This document shows positions 24,062 to 31,856 of a stretch of DNA of 32,000 nucleotides, in pieces (the first letter of the stretch is position 1; every line of letters begins with the position of its first letter). The translations under genes and the position numbers were made by a program. The notes under the pieces are model-generated. The model was not told the origin of the DNA, did not search any database, and saw only the letters and a program-made list of their open reading frames with translations. Origin of the DNA: Acaryochloris marina S15 (GTDB lineage Bacteria; Cyanobacteriota; Cyanobacteriia; Thermosynechococcales; Thermosynechococcaceae); contig NZ_CP064925.1 of assembly GCF_018336915.1 (NCBI RefSeq), positions 90,001 to 122,000 on the forward strand, given 5' to 3'.

Positions 24062-24337
24062 TCAGCCGTTGACCTTCTCCTTGAAGACCTTGCCCGCACT
24101 GAAAGCAGGGACTCTTGTTGCAGGGATTTTGAGCTTTTTCCCTGTCTGTGGATTCCTCCCATCTCTAGCCTTGCGGTCCCTGGCCTCAAAGCTGCCGAAG
24201 CCCACCAGAATGACCTTTTCGCCAGAGCTGACGGTCTCGATGATGATGTCTGTTAGTGCCGTGAGGATGGTATCGGCCTGCTTCTTGGTCAGCCCAGTAT
24301 TTTCAGCAATCTCGTCTACTAACTCGCCTTTGTTCAT
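24062..24337 (-). CDS. hup: HU-family DNA-binding protein
   Basis: 91 aa: MNKGELVDEIAE...GFGSFEARDRKARDGRNPQTGKKLKIPATRVPAFSAGKVFKEKV, a canonical HU/IHF fold sequence. Confidence 0.9.
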   Translation of the reverse strand: MNKGELVDEIAENTGLTKKQADTILTALTDIIIETVSSGEKVILVGFGSFEARDRKARDGRNPQTGKKLKIPATRVPAFSAGKVFKEKVNG

Positions 24338-24443
24338 GGTCTTGCCTCAAAGTGCTTATGAGCATTGTATAGCAGGGATTGTAGGATTTATTTGGGAACC
24401 TGGTAATATCAATGGGCCATAGACGTATGTTGGAAATAAGCAC

Positions 24444-24923
24444 TTAGCTAAAATTAATTACATAATCATCGCCATAGGTTTTCAAAACTCTTTCCACATA
24501 TTCGACCAAAGATGACCACCCCCAGTAGGCACTCATTTCAATCCACTGATATTTCATGAATTGCCACAGACGCTCAATCAAATTTAGATGGGGAGAATAG
24601 CTTGGTAACTCAAACAAGGTAATTCCCCGTTCGGCCCACTCTGCCTTCATCTCATAGATTGCTTGGCTCGTATGGATAGGGGCTTGATCCATCACAATGA
24701 CGGTGGTCAACTCCACGTCAGTAAAGAAGGTATCAATGCAATGACTGACAACCTCACTGGTGATGGTCTGTTCTGATGTATAAGCATGTAGCCCTTGTCG
24801 TCGACTCAAAAACCCCAGAACATTCAAGCGTTTACTTGAACGAGTCGGTATTTCCAGATAAGTCCCTATGGGTTGCCATCCATAGGGAATACAGGGGACT
24901 AACGAAAAACCACTCTCATCCAT
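24444..24923 (-). CDS. IS630-family transposase, DDE catalytic part (orfB; frame open upstream to the slippery site)
   Basis: Contains FMDESGF, VMDQAPIH and LPSYSPHLNLIERLW. In this frame the sequence upstream reads EKKQQLEHLKKQEEKGDIHLFFMDESGF. Confidence 0.85.
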   Translation of the reverse strand: MDESGFSLVPCIPYGWQPIGTYLEIPTRSSKRLNVLGFLSRRQGLHAYTSEQTITSEVVSHCIDTFFTDVELTTVIVMDQAPIHTSQAIYEMKAEWAERGITLFELPSYSPHLNLIERLWQFMKYQWIEMSAYWGWSSLVEYVERVLKTYGDDYVINFS

Positions 24924-24970
24924 AAAGAATAGGTGGATGTCTCCCTTCTCTTCTTGTTTCTTGAGATGTT

Positions 24971-25444
24971 CTAACTGCTGTTTTTTTCGAGGTAGTCGGC
25001 ATATAAAGGCTGGCCTGATGTCCCTTGGCGAAAGCGATGCCAGCTCATATCCATCTGCTTCAAGACGCGTTTAACGGTGGCCTTTGACACGCGCACTGAC
25101 CACTGCTGTTCAATCTGAGCTAGCACCCGATTGAGTTGGATGGGAGATGCCTGAGTCCACTCATAAATCTGCTGTTGTTGGTCGGGATTAAACATCGGTT
25201 TTCGACCTCGGCCTGGGCGATTATAGAGTCCTGCAAAACCACGGTTATTCCAAGCCTTAAGCCAGTTGTACACGGTTTTAGGACTCACACTAAAAAGGGA
25301 GGCTAAGGTGTAGGGACTCCCACCCTGGGCAGACAAAATGAGGCAATGGGCGCGTTGTCTGACCTGATGATGGCGACTACAGCGATAAATCCGATGCAAT
25401 AAGCGTAAGCTTTCGGTGGAGATAGGACGGACAATTGACATCAA
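24971..25444 (-). CDS. IS630-family transposase, N-terminal HTH part (orfA)
   Basis: 157 aa with helix-turn-helix-like segments. It ends 8 nt after the A_AAA_AAC site. Confidence 0.85.
   Translation of the reverse strand: MMSIVRPISTESLRLLHRIYRCSRHHQVRQRAHCLILSAQGGSPYTLASLFSVSPKTVYNWLKAWNNRGFAGLYNRPGRGRKPMFNPDQQQQIYEWTQASPIQLNRVLAQIEQQWSVRVSKATVKRVLKQMDMSWHRFRQGTSGQPLYADYLEKNSS
24981..24987 (-). promoter_or_regulatory. programmed -1 ribosomal frameshift heptamer A_AAA_AAC
   Basis: The orfA frame reads GAA AAA AAC. A -1 slip joins orfA to the orfB frame and yields a transposase of about 330 aa. Confidence 0.7.
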
Positions 25445-25568
25445 ATCAATGGATGTAAAAAAGAGGACTCAGGTAGTTTACAACCTGGAAATTCTATGTA
25501 ATTAATTTTGTCCATCTGCTTAACTCCCTCTGTTTTTGCCATGTAGTGAAGTTGCAAAGGCTTTTACA

Positions 25569-25606
25569 ACTCCCCCGTACAAGACAATACAGGGGAGTCT
25601 TTTTTA
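25569..25606 (+). terminator. plus-strand rho-independent terminator with no obvious plus-strand gene
   Basis: ACTCCCCCGTA pairs with TACAGGGGAGT (11 bp, one mismatch) across an 8-nt loop, followed by CTTTTTTAT. It lies between the IS630 end and the convergent cyAbrB stop. Confidence 0.55.
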
Positions 25607-25613
25607 TCAACGA

Positions 25614-26006
25614 TTAATCCTCTTCAGTCTTGAGTTTCAAATGAATATGCTTACGCCCTAGAGCGATTTCAAACTCATCTCCCGGTTGCAGTTCCATTCT
25701 CTTGGTGTAGGCATTGCCGACCAATAGATTGCCATTGGATTGTACGCTGATGCGAAAGGTGGGGGGTCGTCCTCCATGCTTCTTTTTGCTGTTGCCTTGT
25801 GCATCCAGGTCCATTCCTTCTGCGTCCAAGACTGCATTGAGGAAGGCCATCACATTGATGCGTTCAGTGCCACTTTTAGCAATTTTGTAGTAACCACAGA
25901 CTTTGGCTTTCTCTTCACGAGTCAAGTCGTTTAGGGTTTTAACTTTAGTCAATAGAGCTTGACCTGTTAAAGGCTTGCTTTGTTTTTTAGTTTTCTTCGG
26001 CATCAT
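25614..26006 (-). CDS. cyanobacterial AbrB-like (cyAbrB) transcriptional regulator
   Basis: N-terminal MPKKTKKQSKPLTGQALL and the C-terminal AbrB/SpoVT-type domain NLLVGNAYTKRMELQPGDEFEIALGRKHIHLK match the cyAbrB family layout. Confidence 0.8.
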   Translation of the reverse strand: MMPKKTKKQSKPLTGQALLTKVKTLNDLTREEKAKVCGYYKIAKSGTERINVMAFLNAVLDAEGMDLDAQGNSKKKHGGRPPTFRISVQSNGNLLVGNAYTKRMELQPGDEFEIALGRKHIHLKLKTEED

Positions 26007-26145
26007 TAAACCTCATATCTACTGTCCCTCAATTGGATAAGCAAAATAATTGCTATTGAGTGTAGGACGAAATCTGGTTATTGAGTCAATTTCATAGATA
26101 CTTTGTTCACACTAAGCTTGAGGTATTGTGAAGGAGAGAACTGGC

Positions 26146-26415
26146 ATGGGAAAGCAAAGAGATTCAGGTGAAGTGGTTGGATTAGATGAGATGTTTTGCT
26201 TAAGAACGCAACTTGCGATCAGCCTCAAATTCCACCATTGTGAAACCCTTCAGAACATTCCATTAGAAGCCGCAGTTAGAGCGATGACTGCGGCTTGGGA
26301 TACTTGTCATCCAGAGGAAGTACCACCGTATTGCAGTGGTACATCAACGGCCATTATTACTCATGAGCAAGCTGCTAAGTCCATCCGGGAAAGCAAATAC
26401 TTCTCAGGTGCCTAG
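26146..26415 (+). CDS. small hypothetical protein, paralogue of 20596-20775
   Basis: The ATG at 26146 has AAGGAG 9 nt upstream. It shares the QLAISLKFHH..TL..IPLEAAVRAM..AWDTC core. Confidence 0.45.
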   Translation: MGKQRDSGEVVGLDEMFCLRTQLAISLKFHHCETLQNIPLEAAVRAMTAAWDTCHPEEVPPYCSGTSTAIITHEQAAKSIRESKYFSGA

Positions 26416-26464
26416 AGATAAACGATAGCCACTCTGGGAAGGTAGAGTGCCCTGTGGCAGGACC

Positions 26465-26710
26465 TCACGAAACCTTAGATAATTCCTTGGTTTTGACCGT
26501 AGACCCAGAATTTTGCCCTTGGGTAGCATCATGCCGATAAAAGTCCAAGTCTAAAGCTGAACCAACGATCTGTCCCTGATCTGATAGCTCATACCATTTA
26601 CCTGTCGTGCAATGCTGGGCAAATTTTGCATTGGACATTCCACATCTGGAAATTCCTTCAGGCTTATCTGCTAGAGGTAGGGCTTTGATCGGTTCACGAG
26701 TGCTGGGCAT
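26465..26710 (-). CDS. hypothetical protein (81 aa)
   Basis: ORF only; no recognisable motif. Confidence 0.3.
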   Translation of the reverse strand: MPSTREPIKALPLADKPEGISRCGMSNAKFAQHCTTGKWYELSDQGQIVGSALDLDFYRHDATQGQNSGSTVKTKELSKVS

Positions 26711-26798
26711 CTTGGATGTCTTTTCAGTTTTATCTTCAGAATTTATACTGTTAGTCTAATTGAACGAAGATAATGATCTACTTCTAGACCTTGGTTGA

Positions 26799-27170
26799 TT
26801 AAACGTCTTTTTGCGCAAGGAGTTTAGTGAATTGCTCTTTTGCCTCTGCTAATCTGTTAGTCTGCCCCTCTTTGACGAGTAGTGGGAGTCCTGCAAGTTT
26901 TTTGGCTTCTTCCAGCTCTATAAACATTCTGACTAAGTTTTCTTGGGTCTTTTCTACTGTTTCTGCCCACACTTCTTGATCATCCGTCATTGTTTTGATG
27001 AGATTTGATAAAGACGAGATTTTGCTTTTATCCTCCTCTAACTTCTCCGCAATAGGTTTCTGTTTCAGGATGGAACGGCTTTGTAAAAGAACGAAGAGAA
27101 ATATAGCTCCTATGAGCGCAAGGAAGAGGAAATCTGGTGGCATAGGATTGCTCGCAGACATGTTAACCAT
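26799..27170 (-). CDS. hypothetical membrane-anchored coiled-coil protein
   Basis: N-terminal transmembrane segment FLFLALIGAIFLFVLL, followed by a charged helical region. Confidence 0.4.
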   Translation of the reverse strand: MVNMSASNPMPPDFLFLALIGAIFLFVLLQSRSILKQKPIAEKLEEDKSKISSLSNLIKTMTDDQEVWAETVEKTQENLVRMFIELEEAKKLAGLPLLVKEGQTNRLAEAKEQFTKLLAQKDV

Positions 27171-27296
27171 CTTTTTTTAATAGGTAATGCCCCTGCCTAT
27201 ATTATGGGTTACCATTTGGCGTAATCCTGTTTAAAGTGCTCACTTGCTGCATGGATGAAGGGATAAAGATTTTGACAAGGCATGATCTTTCCTCAG

Positions 27297-27728
27297 TCAT
27301 CCTCTATGCAAAAGAGTACCGCTATCCGAGTCCTTCGTGTCTAAGATGCCTTCTATTGTGTTGCCTTTGAGGTTACGAGCGATCTCAAGGATTGAGAGAA
27401 GCAGAGGTTCGATGTGTTTGACTTGTTGCTCAAGTCGAGCGATTTCCAGGGATTGTTTAGGACTGGGTTGTTCCAAGCCCCAATGAGCGAAGTGCTGTCG
27501 GTAAATTTGGAGAAAATCTAATTCTTCCGAATAAAGGACTATGACTCGTTGCAGAGTTTCATAATCTAAGGACCGAGAATTTTGCTGAGTCTCTAGTAGG
27601 TTTTGGTGCTGATCTTGTACTTCTATGAGCATCCCATCAATCAAACTGCTGATTGAATCAATGGCACTGAGCGGTTTCCCGATGATGAATTTGGAATGAT
27701 GAATGCTAGGTTGCTTGATATCAGTCAT
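27297..27728 (-). CDS. hypothetical protein (143 aa)
   Basis: ORF with balanced composition. No family recognised. Confidence 0.4.
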   Translation of the reverse strand: MTDIKQPSIHHSKFIIGKPLSAIDSISSLIDGMLIEVQDQHQNLLETQQNSRSLDYETLQRVIVLYSEELDFLQIYRQHFAHWGLEQPSPKQSLEIARLEQQVKHIEPLLLSILEIARNLKGNTIEGILDTKDSDSGTLLHRG

Positions 27729-27749
27729 CAGAGATTTAAGTGCCTAGAC

Positions 27750-27757
27750 AAAATAAT
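27750..27757. repeat. target-site duplication AAATAATC (left) of the ISL3 element
   Basis: Identical 8-mer at 29146-29153, directly abutting the other IS end. Confidence 0.85.
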
Positions 27758-29145
27758 CGGCTCTCTGGGAATTAGCGTGGTAGCCGCTAGATATAGTGTT
27801 TAGGTCAAGGCAAAAGTCTGATACCCATTGAGATCAAGCGAAATCCTTTGGAAGAGCCTTTCAATATCGAAAATACCGTAGCATCGTCTTTTTAGGACCT
27901 TAACTCGGTTGTTAAATCCTTCGACAAAGCCACTGGTCCATCCCTCCAGAAAATAGTTGGTCATCTCATCCATCCAATTGTTGACAGTGATCAGGAAACT
28001 CTCAAAATCCTTGATGTCACTTTTGAGGACTCGTTTACACCAAGCCCGGATGGCACATTTAGCTCCGTTTTTGGTGTACCTACCCTCAAATATCTGTGTC
28101 AATTCCTCTCGGAGTTTGTAGGCCTGCTTCATCTCAGGAGAATAAGCAAACACTCGCTCAAGCAACTGTTGTTCTGACTCCTGGAGATTCTCAGGCCGTT
28201 TTCGAAAGGCCCACATCGCACCTTTGATACTGTCATAGTCTTGCTTAGGGAGTTCTTGGCGTAGACGTTTGACCTCCCGTTTACGAACTGTATCGGCACA
28301 ATTACGATAGGCTTTGGCCACATGAAAGCGGTCAATGACAATTTTGGATTGAGGGAGTTGTTCACGGACTGCACTGACAAATCCTTGATACATATCAGTA
28401 CAAACCCGCTCAATGGTTTGGCGTAAATGAAGGGGAATCGATTTAAGGAAATTTGCAACGGTCTGTTGTTTACGGTCAGCCAGAACTGCCAATATGTCTA
28501 CTCCGCCTGTGGTAGGAATCGTGATCAAAACTACAAAATCACGGTGGCCTCTTTTCAGAGAAATCTCGTCAATCCCGATAACCTTGAGGTCTAAATATTC
28601 GCTCCAGTCAACTTGACAGGCAATCCAGCGATCAATAATGCCACTGACGACACCTTCACTAACGCCTAGTTTTCTAGCAACATCTGAGACCGTTGAGTTG
28701 ATCAGGATACGCAGAAGCCAATGCTCATAAGCTTTTGTATTGGGACTGCGAGGTTCATGCCATTCTAAGCGTTGAGTTGTTGTGGGATGGTCATCGCAAT
28801 ACCCGCATCGATAGCGCTTGGGCCGAATTTCTAAATACACTGGTACTTCGAACAATGGCATGTGACGAATTCGAAGAGCCTGATCATGGCAGTGAAGGTC
28901 AGTAATCTCATGTCCACATTTGTGGCAGGTTGTTCCTTGCAGAGTACTCTCAATTTTGATCAGCCAATCCCCTCGTTCCGTCTTCGATAGCTCTAGAACT
29001 TGAACATCGGGAAGGTTGAGGGGAATGCGAATTGAGTTATCCATGACACTCTCGTTCTGAAGTACCTCCTCAGATCATTCCATAGGAGATGACTAAGGAA
29101 TAAACACTATATGTAGGGTGTCACCACGCTAATTACCGGAGAGCC
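27758..29145 (-). mobile_element. ISL3-family insertion sequence, intact (1388 bp)
   Basis: The 44/45-bp imperfect terminal inverted repeats are 27758-27801 GGCTCTCTGGGAATTAGCGTGG...ATATAGTGTTTA and the reverse complement of 29101-29145. It has a perfect 8-bp duplication and a single transposase ORF. Confidence 0.9.
27800..29044 (-). CDS. ISL3-family transposase
   Basis: 414 aa with an N-terminal zinc finger (CHKCGHE...CGYC), then GIDEISLKRGH, CTDMYQGF, IDRFHV, and SGFVEGFNNRVKVLKRRCYG. Confidence 0.9.
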   Translation of the reverse strand: MDNSIRIPLNLPDVQVLELSKTERGDWLIKIESTLQGTTCHKCGHEITDLHCHDQALRIRHMPLFEVPVYLEIRPKRYRCGYCDDHPTTTQRLEWHEPRSPNTKAYEHWLLRILINSTVSDVARKLGVSEGVVSGIIDRWIACQVDWSEYLDLKVIGIDEISLKRGHRDFVVLITIPTTGGVDILAVLADRKQQTVANFLKSIPLHLRQTIERVCTDMYQGFVSAVREQLPQSKIVIDRFHVAKAYRNCADTVRKREVKRLRQELPKQDYDSIKGAMWAFRKRPENLQESEQQLLERVFAYSPEMKQAYKLREELTQIFEGRYTKNGAKCAIRAWCKRVLKSDIKDFESFLITVNNWMDEMTNYFLEGWTSGFVEGFNNRVKVLKRRCYGIFDIERLFQRISLDLNGYQTFALT

Positions 29146-29153
29146 AAATAATC
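29146..29153. repeat. target-site duplication AAATAATC (right)
   Basis: Identical to 27750-27757. Confidence 0.85.
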
Positions 29154-29211
29154 TAGAACAACGTATCACTCAAATCTGAGGAAAGATTGAGGGTCTAATC
29201 TAGAGTCTTTA

Positions 29212-29610
29212 TTAACAAGCTAGTCGGGGCAGCAAATCCTCCACGCCCTCCTGCCATTTATCAAACTCATCTGAATTTTTCCATAAATTCTTGAGTTCGG
29301 AGTTCTCTAAAACGATCTCAGTGACATATCTCGCCTGAGCAATCATCGTTGCTGAAGGGGCTGGTCTTCCTTCTACCCATGTCTCCACCTCCTCTGGACA
29401 ATCTTCAGAAGGCTCACCCATCCAAGCCGCGACTACCTCCGCCGCAGTAATGGCAACCGCGCAGTCCTGGGTTTCGGGGGATTTGTCTATCTGATCAATG
29501 ACTGTGTTGAGGGCATCGATAAGTGGGTTATTGTCAGCAGAATTCGCTAGTTCAGCTATCCAGTCTAGTGCATAGTCATTCTCAAAGATTCCTGGCCCCC
29601 AAGTACCCAT
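29212..29610 (-). CDS. DUF4259-like protein
   Basis: The N-terminus MGTWGPGIFENDYALDWIAEL matches my recollection of the DUF4259 signature (MG.WG.G.F.ND.A.D). 132 aa. Confidence 0.5.
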   Translation of the reverse strand: MGTWGPGIFENDYALDWIAELANSADNNPLIDALNTVIDQIDKSPETQDCAVAITAAEVVAAWMGEPSEDCPEEVETWVEGRPAPSATMIAQARYVTEIVLENSELKNLWKNSDEFDKWQEGVEDLLPRLAC

Positions 29611-29697
29611 AGCTCATATCCCGGTTTGGTTTAAGGACAATTTACCGTGAGAGCAAAGGATAAGCAAAGCACTACAGAAATACAATCTTATCCACAA

Positions 29698-30192
29698 TCA
29701 CCATCGGATCGGATACTCAAGCTTGCCTGTTGGGTTATTGAACTTCCTTATGGGTGCTTTCCAAACAGAGTGAAACCGCTTCAGACTCGCTTTGGTGAAA
29801 TCGATTTTGTGATCTTTCAGTGTCAATTCACCGTTGGCAAAAGTTGAACCAGCGGCCCAGAGGAGACCAATAAACTCATCGCGATCTGCAATAACGGGAG
29901 AAAATTCATTCAAGTCACCATTGGTGTATATCTGAGTAATTTGTTTCACGGTGTCAGGATGTTTACGAAGTAAAGCCTGGAAATAAAGAGAGAGTAAGGG
30001 CCTTGGATTATCTAATCCAAAGATGGCGTTACAGATGCAGGTAGAGGTCGTCAACATCCAGGTAGTGATCTTATGGGGATCGGCTGTCTGATCTCGTGCC
30101 ATCTCTAAGAGAAGATCAACCATATTTCTTCTGAAAGGGATATCCAGGCGAGCTTCTACATTATTCCAGGTAGCTAAGATATTAGTGGCCAT
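29698..30192 (-). CDS. hypothetical protein (164 aa)
   Basis: ORF with balanced composition, lying between the intact and decayed DUF4259 copies. Confidence 0.45.
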   Translation of the reverse strand: MATNILATWNNVEARLDIPFRRNMVDLLLEMARDQTADPHKITTWMLTTSTCICNAIFGLDNPRPLLSLYFQALLRKHPDTVKQITQIYTNGDLNEFSPVIADRDEFIGLLWAAGSTFANGELTLKDHKIDFTKASLKRFHSVWKAPIRKFNNPTGKLEYPIRW

Positions 30193-30259
30193 TGGAAATT
30201 GAGATTGTCAGTTTCTATATATTTGGATACCCAAACTAGCCCAAAAACCTTCTAGGATT

Positions 30260-30442
30260 TTACTCAACAAGGCAACCGAATCAGCAGTTCCTCCACAGCC
30301 CCTTGCCATGATTCCAGGCATCTAAATCTTGCCAAATCCCTTTGAGTCCAGACTCAGCCTGAATTACCTCAATCGCCTGTTAAGCTTGAGCGATTCTCGT
30401 TGCTGTGGGAGCTGGCCGCTCTTCTGCCCAAAGCCATGTCTC
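30260..30442 (-). pseudogene. decayed DUF4259 paralogue (3' half only, with stops)
   Basis: 30281-30440 aligns to 29228-29395 of the intact gene, for example TCCTCCAC.GCCC..TGCCAT and GC.TGAGC.AT..TCGTTGCTG..GG.GCTGG.C. An internal deletion joins it to a copy of the leader AAGGA.AATTTACCGTGA (30452-30468, compare 29633-29650). Confidence 0.6.
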
Positions 30443-30680
30443 AGATTGGATAAGGATAATTTACCGTGATTGCAGGGAATAGGCTAAGGGACGCAATGTT
30501 TCCAGTCCGAATTGCACGGTCCTTCAAAACATTCACATTTTTGCTGACCATCTAGACCACTAATGCATCTAGACATCTATACCCAGTTCTAGCAAGTTAG
30601 GATAAAGCTGAGTGCTACATCTCCAAAAGCCAAATACAGCTTCCTGGGTTGTGTGACGTGGATAAGTTAAGGATGAGAAT

Positions 30681-31856
30681 ATGGAACTGCTCTCTATTGA
30701 AACCACTCCTAGCCCAAATTGCATCAAACTTAACTTGAATGAATTGATTAGCACCAAAGCACTGACATTACAGAACGGTGTAGATTCGACAGCGGCCCCG
30801 GTGGTGGCTCAACAGTTGTTAGCCATTGAGTTTGTCCAATCTGTCTTTCTTGTCCAGGATTTCATTACCCTAACTCGCAAGGGGAATTCAGATTGGCAGA
30901 CTATTTTGGCGAAGGCTGCTCAGATCATAGGGATCTCGGAGGAAGCTGATTCAACGCTGCTAGCTCAGGTTTCACAGCCCCAAGAATCTGCGGCAATCAA
31001 CAGTCCCTCACATCCCCCTTCAGATTTAGGTCATGTTGAGGCCGCGATTCAGATGTTCCGGGGTATTCCAGTGCAAGTGCGGGTAACTTCTGCCGATGGT
31101 CAGCAAGCACGGGTCGCTCTACCAGAACGATTTAACCAAGCCCTGCAACGGGCGATTGGGACGACTCAAGCAGATTATATTGCAGAGCGTCGTTGGGAAC
31201 CGTATCAATCCCCAGCAGGTCCCGCTGATGAAGTTGCACAACAAGTTGCAGAAGAGATTGCTAGCCTGATTGATATAGAGGAATTAGCTCGTCTGGAGGC
31301 TGTTGCTATTTCCAATGTCTCTACAACAGAATCGTTGAACACAGCCTCAGTACAACAAACCCTCTTGTCTGAGCTGAGTCACTCGAACTGGAAACATCGG
31401 CTCAAGGCTCTCCAACAAATTGAGGTGACCCCAGCGACTTTTCCTGCTGTAGTGTCTGTCCTTAATGATGACCAGAGCACCGTACGTCGTTGGGCAGCAG
31501 CGCTTTTAGGTGCCAGTGGCATGAGTGTTGCGGTGGAGCCTTTAGGTCAGGTCATCCTTGGCGATTCTTCTGCTATGGTGCGTCGGATTGCAGGGGATGC
31601 CTTAAGTGATTTAGGGAATAATACTGCCATGCCAACGATGTGTCAGGCTCTAGCAGATTCCTCAAAGTTGGTTCGTTGGCGAGCGGCCCGGTTTCTGAAT
31701 GAAATGGGAGATCAAACTGCTGTTGATGCTTTACACCATGCGGTTGAAATCGAAGCAGAATTTGATGTGCGTGTGGAGATGATGGCTGCACTGGAGCGGA
31801 TTCAGGGGGGTGGTGAAACGCAATTACCAATGTGGATGCGGATTACGCAAGGATAG
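30681..31856 (+). CDS. Nfu_N-domain plus HEAT-repeat protein (CvfC-like)
   Basis: The N-terminal MELLSIETTPSPNCIKLNL fits the Nfu/NifU N-terminal domain. The C-terminus carries HEAT/PBS-lyase-like repeats (VRRWAAALLG, VRRIAGDALSDLG, VRWRAARFLNEMG). Confidence 0.6.
   Translation: MELLSIETTPSPNCIKLNLNELISTKALTLQNGVDSTAAPVVAQQLLAIEFVQSVFLVQDFITLTRKGNSDWQTILAKAAQIIGISEEADSTLLAQVSQPQESAAINSPSHPPSDLGHVEAAIQMFRGIPVQVRVTSADGQQARVALPERFNQALQRAIGTTQADYIAERRWEPYQSPAGPADEVAQQVAEEIASLIDIEELARLEAVAISNVSTTESLNTASVQQTLLSELSHSNWKHRLKALQQIEVTPATFPAVVSVLNDDQSTVRRWAAALLGASGMSVAVEPLGQVILGDSSAMVRRIAGDALSDLGNNTAMPTMCQALADSSKLVRWRAARFLNEMGDQTAVDALHHAVEIEAEFDVRVEMMAALERIQGGGETQLPMWMRITQG

Larger units (their letters stand above)
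24422..25527 (-). mobile_element. IS630-family insertion sequence (about 1106 bp)
   Basis: The 33-bp imperfect terminal inverted repeats have a 15-bp perfect core: 24440-24454 AAAATTAATTACATA is the reverse complement of 25495-25509. The element has a two-ORF transposase. I could not see a clean TA duplication, so the ends are approximate. Confidence 0.75.

Noticed and set aside
23908-24422. ORFs of 75-124 aa overlapping or antisense to the HU gene and its terminator
   Set aside because: The HU reading frame is unambiguous. The alternatives are S/L/R-rich shadows.
24420-25530. Expected TA target-site duplication for the IS630 element
   Set aside because: The flanks read TT...CT at my best end estimate. 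Either the ends are off by a few nt or the duplication has mutated, so no duplication is reported.
28129-28458. 109-aa alternative-frame ORF inside the ISL3 transposase gene
   Set aside because: It is on the same strand, has no start context and odd composition, and the transposase frame carries all the family motifs. Unlike the relaxase case, there is no sign of codon constraint.
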